A program made the translations under genes and the position numbers. A stretch of 64,000 nucleotides of DNA. Source: a virus. Its lineage: Duplodnaviria > Heunggongvirae > Uroviricota > Caudoviricetes. The stretch is taken from positions 1 to 64,000 of IMG/VR virus record IMGVR_UViG_3300023371_000089; one strand, 5' to 3'. Under the pieces are notes generated by a model. It saw nothing but the letters and a program-made list of their open reading frames with translations. It had not been told where the DNA came from and made no database searches. This document shows positions 45,718-54,372 of this stretch, one piece after another (the stretch's first letter is position 1; every line of letters starts with the position of its first letter).

Positions 45718-46086
45718 TTGAAAATGGTTAAAAAGAGTACAAAGACAACTGAAACCCCTGAGGTTCAGTCTGAGGTGACATTAATGGAACAGCAGATACA
45801 AACTGAAATTGAAACGCAAGTTGAAAATGAAATTTCAGACATAAAAGAACAGATGGAAAACCTGCAACCTGCAGAAAATGTTATTGAAACAATTATGGCT
45901 TCAGAACCGGAGGAAGTTGAAGAAATTATTGACAATGAGTTAAAAAAAGTAGATGAACTCGTTGCAACAGTAGCGGAAAAAATTAACGAGATGGAAGAAA
46001 AATATCCTGAAATCACAAAAGTTGTTGAGAAGGTTAAGAAAGCGAATCCTCGTTTTACTAACGTTTGGAATGGCATAGCATATTAA
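45718..46086 (+). CDS. Highly acidic Glu-rich protein, 122 aa.
   Basis: About 30% E/D. It lies immediately after the sigma-factor gene. Confidence 0.45.
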   Translation: MKMVKKSTKTTETPEVQSEVTLMEQQIQTEIETQVENEISDIKEQMENLQPAENVIETIMASEPEEVEEIIDNELKKVDELVATVAEKINEMEEKYPEITKVVEKVKKANPRFTNVWNGIAY

Positions 46087-46100
46087 AAAATATTAATAAA

Positions 46101-46613
46101 ATGGCAAAAAGTAGTTATTCAACCGCATGTGATATGCTTGATGCTATACGTCGCGGAATTGTAGAAAATACGGAGGCAAAAAAAGGACTCATCAAGGAAG
46201 AGGCTGAGGCACAAACAATTGAAAGTGCGATTGCAATAACCGATGACCCTAAATTCGGTGATAATGTTCTGACAAACCAAATGAATCAGTTCTTATCTTC
46301 AGTTGATAGTGGTGCACAGTTTACTAAGCCAAATGAAGAAAATCCTGCAGATAGTCCACTTATCTATATGCCTGAAACCGGTAATATGGTTTTTTCTGGA
46401 ACAATACCAAGCCTTAATAATTTAAAATGGCAGTTTGTGTTGAAAAATAACACAGGCGATGGTTGTTTCATGTGGGCCGATGGTTTAATTCTTAATAAAG
46501 AAAACTTAAAGACTCTCAATAAGTTAATGGGATTTTATAATAATTGGAAAACCCAATGGCAAACATCCGCTAAAGAATTGGAACAACTTGAAAATCTTGT
46601 TAGGAAAAATTAA
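46101..46613 (+). CDS. Hypothetical protein. Start taken at MAKSSY.
   Basis: ORF followed by a strong terminator. Confidence 0.45.
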   Translation: MAKSSYSTACDMLDAIRRGIVENTEAKKGLIKEEAEAQTIESAIAITDDPKFGDNVLTNQMNQFLSSVDSGAQFTKPNEENPADSPLIYMPETGNMVFSGTIPSLNNLKWQFVLKNNTGDGCFMWADGLILNKENLKTLNKLMGFYNNWKTQWQTSAKELEQLENLVRKN

Positions 46614-46623
46614 ATAACAAAAA

Positions 46624-46647
46624 CCACTCAGAAATGAGTGGTTTTTT
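46624..46647 (+). terminator. Rho-independent terminator.
   Basis: ccactca-gaaa-tgagtgg followed by tttttt. Confidence 0.7.
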
Positions 46648-46686
46648 AGTTTTATATTGCTATTTATCAGTAATAGAAAAAGATAA

Positions 46687-46866
46687 ATGAAAAACTGTAA
46701 AAAACATATAAGAGAGGAGTTCGACAGAGATGATGTCATGCAGTTAATCAAGCGTGATAAAGAATTTGAAAAACGAATCAAAGAAATCACAACTGATGTG
46801 GTTACTGACCTCTTTCGTGTGCTTTGGCAAAGGAAATCTTCTTACGAATCAGAACTTAAGAGATAA
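46687..46866 (+). CDS. Small hypothetical protein (59 aa), below the ORF-track cutoff.
   Basis: MKNCKKHIREEFDRDDVMQLIKRDKEFEKRIKEITTDVVTDLFRVLWQRKSSYESELKR. Confidence 0.3.
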   Translation: MKNCKKHIREEFDRDDVMQLIKRDKEFEKRIKEITTDVVTDLFRVLWQRKSSYESELKR

Positions 46867-46872
46867 TAAAAC

Positions 46873-47499
46873 ATGAGAACCATACTTATAAATGAGTCTC
46901 AGGTTAATGCCTTGAGAAAAAATATTGAGATGATTAATGAGGAAGTCACCTTCTTCAGTTTCATGTCTCATATCAAGGCGTATCTAAAACAACTTTTAAC
47001 CGACCCCATATATGCAAAACCCGATGCTTTTCTTATTGCTAATGGGTTAGATGGTGAAAAAGCATTATCATTGCTTATTGATAACGGGGTTATTATTAAA
47101 GATGAAAAAATCGACAGTTCAGGGGATAAAGACCAATTTACAATTTCATACAAAATCCCTCGTCAGAACTTTGAAAGAAAAATCAAAAGGCTTTATACTA
47201 AACTATTTGAAATCAACATCGCTGATGGTTGTGTAATTAATGAGGAGGATGGCGGTGCAACATCTGCAGATGCTTCAGGTGCTTTTGAACAGCCTCTTTT
47301 TGGTAAACCACTCAGGCGAAAAACAATTTACGTCACACAAGAACAATATGACAGGCTCCAAGCATTGAAAGAGGAGGCTGTAATGGATACTGCAATAGGT
47401 GATTTCGGTTATGATGCTCCACCTTTTGAAAAGGATGATGACCCTACATACAATCATAAGGACTTGATTAAAACTTCTGTGGAGGACGGTAAAAAATGA
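46873..47499 (+). CDS. Hypothetical protein, 208 aa.
   Basis: Long ORF with an ATGA overlap onto the next gene. Confidence 0.45.
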   Translation: MRTILINESQVNALRKNIEMINEEVTFFSFMSHIKAYLKQLLTDPIYAKPDAFLIANGLDGEKALSLLIDNGVIIKDEKIDSSGDKDQFTISYKIPRQNFERKIKRLYTKLFEINIADGCVINEEDGGATSADASGAFEQPLFGKPLRRKTIYVTQEQYDRLQALKEEAVMDTAIGDFGYDAPPFEKDDDPTYNHKDLIKTSVEDGKK

Positions 47500-47690
47500 C
47501 ACGATTTGACTATTATTCCAATATAAATCCTGATGCAGCAAAAAAAATAATGAAAATTGCTGAGGAACTTGAGGATGAAAAGCAACAAATCATTCCCGAT
47601 GAAGAAAAAATGAAAAAATTGGTTTACAGACAATTTATGGCGGGAATGGAAATAAACACAGGACAAGGTAGAAACTATAAATTATATTAA
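47496..47690 (+). CDS. Small hypothetical protein, 64 aa.
   Basis: Translationally coupled ORF. Confidence 0.35.
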   Translation: MTRFDYYSNINPDAAKKIMKIAEELEDEKQQIIPDEEKMKKLVYRQFMAGMEINTGQGRNYKLY

Positions 47691-47700
47691 ACTATAAACA

Positions 47701-48516
47701 ATGGACAAAAGTATTACAGTAGGAAGGATGAGAGAACTCATCAAGGAAAGTCAAGGCCAATTCAATCCTGTAATTGGAGATGGCGTTGAGAGCGAAAACA
47801 AGAAAAACAATGAAAAGTCCTACAAAGATGCCAAAACCAAAACTGACGCAAAAGAGGTGAAAGTTAAACATGATGTTCCTAAAAAGGAAGATAAAAACAA
47901 AACAACCCTCGATTACACATTCAATTCTGACCCGGGTAAAGAATATAAAGAAAGGGTTCACGCGCAAGCCAAAGGTTATACAAGCAAGGCTGAAGAAGAG
48001 AATGACATTGAAAAAAATGCTGAATTTGGTGATGATTTTTATAAAGTGGCAAAAGAGGCAGGACAGGAACTTCATCAGAAGGAAGAAGACTTGAAAAAAT
48101 CAGGGTTACAGGCTCGTGAACTTCCTGACGGAACATTCAAAAAGGAAGACATGTATGAAGAAAAAAGTGTCAAAACCGTGAGATTCAAAAGGACTGAATT
48201 CCTTACTGAAGAACACATGATGTCAAAGATTCCTGATGAAATGAAAATTGAAGGACGACGTTTCAGGATGAAGGATATGAATGACCAAACATATCTTCTC
48301 GAATGGACTAAAAATCAGTACAGTGGTAAAGAAAGTGCTGTCATTCTTGAACACACTAATGAAAAGAAAGTTAACGAAAGTATTGAACGCATGAAAGCAC
48401 TGTATGGTTTCAAATTGGGTGAAAAAACAACAAGAACAACTTCACAAGGAAGGATGTATGAAAATAATGATGGGGTGCGTGAAACCCTGAATAATATAAG
48501 AAATTATAAGAAATAA
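47701..48516 (+). CDS. Highly charged Lys/Glu-rich protein. Possible internal virion or scaffold-type protein.
   Basis: 271 aa, more than 35% K/E/D. Confidence 0.45.
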   Translation: MDKSITVGRMRELIKESQGQFNPVIGDGVESENKKNNEKSYKDAKTKTDAKEVKVKHDVPKKEDKNKTTLDYTFNSDPGKEYKERVHAQAKGYTSKAEEENDIEKNAEFGDDFYKVAKEAGQELHQKEEDLKKSGLQARELPDGTFKKEDMYEEKSVKTVRFKRTEFLTEEHMMSKIPDEMKIEGRRFRMKDMNDQTYLLEWTKNQYSGKESAVILEHTNEKKVNESIERMKALYGFKLGEKTTRTTSQGRMYENNDGVRETLNNIRNYKK

Positions 48517-48524
48517 GGGTTATC

Positions 48525-49229
48525 ATGGAAGAAAAGATTGACAAAGGGTTAAATTGGTTTGAGAAAGCACTGCAGATTGTTGAGAAATACAAATTCAAGA
48601 CAATTTTTAAGGCAGTTATCTATATATTGATTATTGCAGCAACAATAGGCTTCATTAAAAACCCAACATGGATTTTCGAACAATATCAAACTTGGTTGGA
48701 CAAACAACATGAGGTGGCAATGATTGACCGTGAACATATTGATATGAAAATTCACACAATTATAGAAAAACTGAACTTTAAAACAAATAGTGCACGTGTC
48801 TTTATTCTCGAATATCATAATGGTACTGAAAGTGTAACGGGTCTCCCTTTTCGTAAATGTTCTGCAACTTATGAAGCAATAAATGTTGGCGTCATGCCCA
48901 TTGCCCATGATTATGCTGAAATCAATTTAAGTTTAATGCCATTTGCAAGCCACATGGCGACAACAGGATATTGGTGTGGGGATATTCATGATATGGAAGA
49001 CATTGACCGCTCATTCTGTTATAGACTTAAGGCAAGCGGCGTAGAGCATTTTACGGCTGTCACCATTGAAGGTGTAGATAAACCTCTTGCGCTTCTGATT
49101 GTTTCCTATGATGAAAGATACATTGACCATAACTGTGATGAAGTAAGAGAAAATATTAGACACTGCGCTCTTGAACTCTCCCTTTTGTTTGAAATCAACC
49201 AACAATACGGTGAACGAATTAAAATATAA
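48525..49229 (+). CDS. Membrane-anchored protein, 234 aa.
   Basis: N-terminal transmembrane segment AVIYILIIAATIGFI. It lies just upstream of the lysis cassette. Confidence 0.45.
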   Translation: MEEKIDKGLNWFEKALQIVEKYKFKTIFKAVIYILIIAATIGFIKNPTWIFEQYQTWLDKQHEVAMIDREHIDMKIHTIIEKLNFKTNSARVFILEYHNGTESVTGLPFRKCSATYEAINVGVMPIAHDYAEINLSLMPFASHMATTGYWCGDIHDMEDIDRSFCYRLKASGVEHFTAVTIEGVDKPLALLIVSYDERYIDHNCDEVRENIRHCALELSLLFEINQQYGERIKI

Positions 49230-49249
49230 CATAAACATTTTGTATAAAA

Positions 49250-49274
49250 AAGGCGGTTTAAAACCGCCTTTTTC
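49250..49274 (+). terminator. Rho-independent terminator.
   Basis: aggcggttt-aaa-accgcct followed by ttttt. Confidence 0.7.
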
Positions 49275-49315
49275 TTTTAATTATTCTCCTATTTATTGTT
49301 ATAAAACTAAAAAAT

Positions 49316-49852
49316 ATGGCTAACGCTGAAAAATTAATGCCACTTATATTGAAATGGGAAGGTGGATATTCTCACCATCCTTCAGATAAGGGTAGGTGTA
49401 CCATGAAAGGGATAACAATCGGAACCTATCAAAAATTCTACGGTTATTCAAAAACATGCACCGACCTTAAATGTATTACTGATGATGAATGGCTTGCAAT
49501 TTTCAAAAATGGATATTGGGACCCCATGTGTGGAGATTCCATTAAAAACCAAAGCATTGCTAATATTATTGTAGATTGGGCGTGGATGAGCGGTGTTAAA
49601 ACAGTGTCAAAAAAAATACAGAAAATATTAGGCGTCAAAGATGATGGGATTGTAGGACCAATTACAATGTCATCATTAAATTCAATGGAACAGAAACCTT
49701 TGTTCGATAAGATTTACAAAGAGCGCGAAAACTTCTATTATAATATATGCAAAAATAACCCAAGTCAAGAGGTTTTCCTAAAAGGATGGTTAAATAGACT
49801 TGCTGATTATACATTCGAGGAAGAAATCCCCGAAGAAAAAAAAAATAACTGA
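49316..49852 (+). CDS. Endolysin: GH108 lysozyme domain plus a C-terminal PG_binding_3 domain.
   Basis: N-terminal LKWEGGYSHHPSDKGRCTMKGIT (the EGGY catalytic motif of GH108). C-terminal LGVKDDGIVGPITMSSLN (peptidoglycan-binding). Confidence 0.8.
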   Translation: MANAEKLMPLILKWEGGYSHHPSDKGRCTMKGITIGTYQKFYGYSKTCTDLKCITDDEWLAIFKNGYWDPMCGDSIKNQSIANIIVDWAWMSGVKTVSKKIQKILGVKDDGIVGPITMSSLNSMEQKPLFDKIYKERENFYYNICKNNPSQEVFLKGWLNRLADYTFEEEIPEEKKNN

Positions 49853-49857
49853 AGAAA

Positions 49858-50385
49858 ATGAAGAAAAACATGAAAAAAAACATTTTATTGACTATATTCG
49901 TGAGTTTTGTAATGCTTGCATCTTTAGGAGGATGCGGAACAATAAAACATGTGCCGGTAACCGATAAAACCGATGTGGCAACACGTGATAGCATTATTTT
50001 TCGAGACAGCACAAGAGTTATTGATTCTATTATTTATGTGCAAATCCCTCGTGAAAAAGTGATGGATATAATTTCACAAATCGACACAAGCAATCTCGAA
50101 ACAAGCGTGGCTAAATCAACTGCTTATGTTGACACAACCTCGTTAATGATAATCCATTCTTTGGAAAATAAAGATACTGTTATATCTGAGAAAATCGTAT
50201 ATAAAGATAGGTATATTACAGAAGAAAAAATTGTATATCGTGATTCAATACAAATAAAAGAGGTGCCTGTTGAAGTGGAGGTGGAGAAAGTTAAATATCC
50301 TAAAACTTATTGGTGGCTGCTTGGGTTCTTTGTTATTGTCGTCGGAATTGGAATTGTAAAAATCTATTTAAAATTTAAAAAATAA
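49858..50385 (+). CDS. Candidate unimolecular spanin: lipoprotein signal peptide plus a C-terminal transmembrane helix.
   Basis: MKKNMKKNILLTIFVSFVMLASLGGCG (lipobox LGGC) and C-terminal WWLLGFFVIVVGIGIVKIYL. It lies immediately after the endolysin. Confidence 0.55.
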   Translation: MKKNMKKNILLTIFVSFVMLASLGGCGTIKHVPVTDKTDVATRDSIIFRDSTRVIDSIIYVQIPREKVMDIISQIDTSNLETSVAKSTAYVDTTSLMIIHSLENKDTVISEKIVYKDRYITEEKIVYRDSIQIKEVPVEVEVEKVKYPKTYWWLLGFFVIVVGIGIVKIYLKFKK

Positions 50386-50387
50386 CG

Positions 50388-50416
50388 ACAGGTGCTTTTA
50401 AAAGCACCTGTTTTTG
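50388..50416 (+). terminator. Rho-independent terminator.
   Basis: acaggtgc-ttttaaaa-gcacctgt followed by ttttg. Confidence 0.65.
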
Positions 50417-50466
50417 TTTACTATAAACCATAAAATAACTATTTTCATTATAAAATATGTTAAGAT

Positions 50467-50649
50467 ATGGTGACTAAGATTTTTGTTTTTATACTTATAT
50501 TCGCAATCCTTAATCTTATCAAAGAAGGATTTATATTCTATCGTTCATTACGTATGGGAGAGTCTGACATGACAACAACACGACTTTGGGGTATAGGTTT
50601 GTCATTGGCTTACATTTTTACAATAATCTTTACAGGAATTGGATTCTAA
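50467..50649 (+). CDS. Holin-like small protein with two transmembrane segments.
   Basis: 60 aa with two hydrophobic helices (IFVFILIFAILNLI; WGIGLSLAYIFTIIFTGIGF). In the lysis cassette. Confidence 0.45.
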   Translation: MVTKIFVFILIFAILNLIKEGFIFYRSLRMGESDMTTTRLWGIGLSLAYIFTIIFTGIGF

Positions 50650-51095
50650 TGGAACTTAATGATAAAATTGCAAAGTTGGGGTCAAGGTTCAGAAAAATGA
50701 ACATTGCTGAGGGAATCATATTCCTTACTGTGGATTTTCCTAAAGAGTGGAAAATAAGTGAGAAAATCATTGCAAAACATGATGTGAAAGTAATGCCCAC
50801 AGAAGATGGCGTTGGATATTATTTTGCAGCGACACTTGCAACAGGAATTGATAAAATTTTTAATGCAATTGATGAAACAATTACATTTAATGAGGTTGCG
50901 GGTATTAAAAAATCACTTTTCTTGGAAAAGGTAAACGAACTTCAAACAATATTCGAGGAAGAACCTCTTGATGTACTTCAAACAATAGAATTCAAATATA
51001 GAAAGAAAAAACCAAAAAACACCCGTAAAACTGAAGAAAATATCGAAGATAATAATGAAAAAATAGAAGAAGGTGAATCATGTCTAGCTGGTTAA
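50649..51095 (+). CDS. Hypothetical protein. The start overlaps the holin stop (TAATG).
   Basis: MELNDKIAKLG... ORF. Confidence 0.4.
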   Translation: MELNDKIAKLGSRFRKMNIAEGIIFLTVDFPKEWKISEKIIAKHDVKVMPTEDGVGYYFAATLATGIDKIFNAIDETITFNEVAGIKKSLFLEKVNELQTIFEEEPLDVLQTIEFKYRKKKPKNTRKTEENIEDNNEKIEEGESCLAG

Positions 51096-51469
51096 TTGTT
51101 CTTTGTTATTCTATAATGGCTTATGGGATTTGTAATATTATTGTTTTTGGGTCCGGGCCATTTCGTATTTTTGAAAAATTAAGATATTGGAGTGATTACA
51201 TTGATGAACATTTTGGTCAACTTTTTTCCTGCATGATGTGTCTTCCAACCAATTTAGGAATTGTATTATCCATTATAAATTGGTTCCTAATTCCAATTGC
51301 ATTTACACCGTTTAATATCATGTTTGGTAGTGTTACAGGCCTTTGGTGGTTAGCGGCTATTTGTGACGGAGCATTCACCTCAGGTATTGTATGGCTTATT
51401 CATCACATTGAAGAATATTTTGAAAATAAGGTTATAACATCAGGAGAAAAAGTTTACGAAGATGACTGA
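51080..51469 (+). CDS. Multi-pass membrane protein, 129 aa.
   Basis: Three or four hydrophobic segments. Confidence 0.45.
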   Translation: MSSWLIVLCYSIMAYGICNIIVFGSGPFRIFEKLRYWSDYIDEHFGQLFSCMMCLPTNLGIVLSIINWFLIPIAFTPFNIMFGSVTGLWWLAAICDGAFTSGIVWLIHHIEEYFENKVITSGEKVYEDD

Positions 51470-51734
51470 GGAAATGAAAAATGAAATCATATTGAACGAG
51501 GTTTTAAGAAAGAACGATGAAACAAAAAGAAATAAAGAAATGAATTCGTTCGCAAAAGCCTTGAAAAATGGCTTAGGAGAGGAGATAAAGAAAGAATTGG
51601 TCAACCCTTCAAAACCCAATAAAAAGGCGGGGAGAAGGCTTAAAAGACAACGTTTTTGGGGCAAATTAAAAGAAGATTTCAAGATACTTTTCTTTAAGAC
51701 GAATAAGGATGATAATGAGATTAGTTATGAATAA
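51462..51734 (+). CDS. Small basic protein, 90 aa.
   Basis: ORF with a 4-nt overlap. Confidence 0.35.
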   Translation: MTEEMKNEIILNEVLRKNDETKRNKEMNSFAKALKNGLGEEIKKELVNPSKPNKKAGRRLKRQRFWGKLKEDFKILFFKTNKDDNEISYE

Positions 51735-51966
51735 AATTCCTAAGGGTGATATTCTAATTAGAATTGCTGATTTGCTAAAATCAGAATTTGAAAAAGAAAT
51801 AGATTTCTCTATGATGGAAATACGTTTTAACGTTGGGAAAAACATGATACAGAAAGTCAATGAAGATTTCTATTATAGATATAATAATGAAGGAGAACCT
51901 GAGCCTGCTGATGAAGTCGCAGTTACAACTAACGGAATTACATTCAAATACGTGGGGGAAGAATAA
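51709..51966 (+). CDS. Small hypothetical protein, 85 aa.
   Basis: ORF with a 1-nt overlap onto the next gene. Confidence 0.35.
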   Translation: MIMRLVMNKIPKGDILIRIADLLKSEFEKEIDFSMMEIRFNVGKNMIQKVNEDFYYRYNNEGEPEPADEVAVTTNGITFKYVGEE

Positions 51967-52289
51967 TGGCTATAGTTTACATACTTGGTGATTCAGGGCA
52001 AGATAATACTTTCAAAATTGGTGTGACACGTGGCCCTGTTGAAAAGAGAATCAAACAACTTCAAACAGGAAATGGTGGAGAAATATATCTTGTGAAAACA
52101 TATGAAACGCAATATCCATTCTTCGTCGAAAGGCTTCTTCACCAAAAACTGTATCCAAAACAAAAACGCAATGAGTGGTTCAATCTTGACGTTCAAGATA
52201 TAGTTCTTTTTGAAAACTATTGCAAGGAAATTGAAAAACAGGCTGAGGCATTAAAAGAAAATCCATTCGCGAATAAGTTATTGAAATAA
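51966..52289 (+). CDS. T5orf172 (GIY-YIG-related) domain protein.
   Basis: VYILGDSGQDNTFKIGVTRGPVEKRIKQLQTGN...LHQKLYPKQKRNEWFNL matches the YIL...KIG.T...RI..L.tG...EWF consensus of the T5orf172 domain. Confidence 0.55.
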   Translation: MAIVYILGDSGQDNTFKIGVTRGPVEKRIKQLQTGNGGEIYLVKTYETQYPFFVERLLHQKLYPKQKRNEWFNLDVQDIVLFENYCKEIEKQAEALKENPFANKLLK

Positions 52290-52290
52290 T

Positions 52291-52317
52291 AAAGGGAGGT
52301 TTTAAAACCTCCCTTTT
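52291..52317. terminator. Bidirectional terminator between convergent blocks.
   Basis: aaagggaggtttt-aaa-acctcccttt. Confidence 0.7.
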
Positions 52318-52322
52318 CTATA

Positions 52323-54269
52323 TTAAAGTGCTATCATTTTAGTCCACTTAGCGAAATTGTGTTGAATTTCAAGCAAATAATTTGTATTAGTTTCCAAATC
52401 AGCAATCGGAATATTTGATAAAATTATATCTGCAGGAAGGGATATTGTTCCAAATGTATCACTTGTCTTGAACAGAACTGAATAACGATAAGCAACCTCG
52501 CCCTCAGTTTCCTCATAAGTTAATGTTAAATTGGATACCGGTTCCTCAATAACATGCAATGTATTTGGTTTAATTGTAAGAGTACCCTCCACCGGAACTG
52601 TTGTGTCTATAGCCCAATTCACCTGTGAATTAATATCATTAAGGGATGCTGTCATTGCAATAACAGTTGCCCCAAGAGTATTCTCAATTTTCCTCACAGC
52701 AGTATTGACGTTATCCCCCATTACAATTGAATCCATTGTATAAGATGCTTCTTCAAGAGTTTCATCAAGAACAATATCCTTGCCTTCAAGAACAACGCCA
52801 TTTTCTTGGGAAATTGTATAACCATTTACGGTATATGCATCAATAGCCTCAGTCTTTTCATTGAAAGCTTTTCCCTGTTCCTCAATTTTATCAGCAAGAA
52901 CCTTAAGTTCATCCTGAGTACCGTCAGCAGATACTATATATGAAAGTTTTCCTTCACCTTCAACAAGATAAAATCCCTCAAGGTAAACAACCTCATTATA
53001 CTCCGAATCCTTCTTGGTCTTAAAAATTTGTCCTACATTGTTTGCGGTGGCACGTTGAACTGCAGTGGCATAATTCTCAACTTCCTGAGGTTTTAAATTA
53101 TTCATATTCAATTTCAACGAGGAAGTTTCGCCACTTATTGCCGAAATACTATCCGTATTACCTGATACTGTTTCTGAAAGACTTGCCAATTCCTCACTAT
53201 ATCCTGATACAACCATTGAAAGGTTCGCCAATTCTTCTGTATTACCTGATACTGTTTCTGAAAGACTTGCCAATTCTTCTGTGTGGCCACTAATTGTATC
53301 AGTAATTACCGATAAAATATTTTCAATCTCAGATATGCGTGTTTTAAACGTTTCAGCAATAACAAGACTACCATTTTCATCAAATGCAAGAATAGTTTCA
53401 TTTTCACCTAACCTAATTCCAATAATTTGGTTTTCTAAAGAAATGCCATCCCCCGAAGAGTATTGTTCAGTAAACATCTCTGAAACGTCAACCATAATAT
53501 CCTCTTTTTGGGCGGCTTCAGTAAATGTCAACACAAGGTATTTTACCCCATCAACCTCATCAATATAAACATTTTCAACTCTTCCATCAGCAACGCCTTC
53601 AATGTTATCAACAGAAACAGTAAATGCAACAGTCTTATCAGTAACCGGAAGTTCCTCACCATTTACAATGATTTTTTCAATAACGTTAGCCTGAGCATTG
53701 GTTTCAATGCCCTGAAGTTTTGTGATATCTGAATCTGAAACAAGTGAGTAACCACTTTTAATATCAACTTTTTTATCAAGTTCAGAATTTAATTCCCCAA
53801 CGCTTATTTTCAACCCTGCAATCTCAGTATCCACATCAGCATCACCGGAAGCAAGTGACATTGAAAGTTTCATGAGTTCACCTTCACCTATAACAATATA
53901 AGGCCCTGTGTAATATGTTTGATTGTCATATACACTATCGTTCTTAACGAATATAATTTGTCCAAGATTTTCGGCAGATGCTTCAATAACTGCGTCTTTA
54001 TATTCCTCTACTGCAAGTGAACCGTTTCCGGATATTTTTACAACATCCCCCAATGTATTTTTAATGTATATGCTTGGGTCATTCGCATTATTGTTAATAA
54101 CAAGAATACCTTTATTGAGTTCCAATTGTTCTGTTTTAAGAACATCATATAGAGGATGGTCAGGCTGAACGTCTATGAAAAATTTTGCAAGTTCATTATT
54201 AATTTCAGTCTGAGTTGTTCCCGTAACACGGTTTACATGGCCGTGCACAATGTTTCTATTATTTGCCAT
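52323..54269 (-). CDS. Tail-fibre protein, paralogue of the one at 35087-37135, with internal tandem repeats.
   Basis: ISGNGSLAVEEYKDAVIEASAENLGQIIFVK...PYIVIGEGELMKL, a GVKYLVLTFTEAAQKEDI module, and EELASLSETVSGNT tandem repeats (DNA 53110-53300). Confidence 0.65.
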   Translation of the reverse strand: MANNRNIVHGHVNRVTGTTQTEINNELAKFFIDVQPDHPLYDVLKTEQLELNKGILVINNNANDPSIYIKNTLGDVVKISGNGSLAVEEYKDAVIEASAENLGQIIFVKNDSVYDNQTYYTGPYIVIGEGELMKLSMSLASGDADVDTEIAGLKISVGELNSELDKKVDIKSGYSLVSDSDITKLQGIETNAQANVIEKIIVNGEELPVTDKTVAFTVSVDNIEGVADGRVENVYIDEVDGVKYLVLTFTEAAQKEDIMVDVSEMFTEQYSSGDGISLENQIIGIRLGENETILAFDENGSLVIAETFKTRISEIENILSVITDTISGHTEELASLSETVSGNTEELANLSMVVSGYSEELASLSETVSGNTDSISAISGETSSLKLNMNNLKPQEVENYATAVQRATANNVGQIFKTKKDSEYNEVVYLEGFYLVEGEGKLSYIVSADGTQDELKVLADKIEEQGKAFNEKTEAIDAYTVNGYTISQENGVVLEGKDIVLDETLEEASYTMDSIVMGDNVNTAVRKIENTLGATVIAMTASLNDINSQVNWAIDTTVPVEGTLTIKPNTLHVIEEPVSNLTLTYEETEGEVAYRYSVLFKTSDTFGTISLPADIILSNIPIADLETNTNYLLEIQHNFAKWTKMIAL

Positions 54270-54322
54270 TGATTATAACCTTTTTAATTATCTATAAATA
54301 GTTAAAATACATGTAAAAAACA

Positions 54323-54345
54323 ATGGGGGACCATTGGTCCCCCAT
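54323..54345 (-). terminator. Hairpin terminator downstream of the fibre gene at 54373.
   Basis: atgggggac-cattg-gtcccccat. A T-run follows on the minus strand. Confidence 0.55.
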
Positions 54346-54372
54346 ATATTTTAACATAAACTATTAGGCCTA

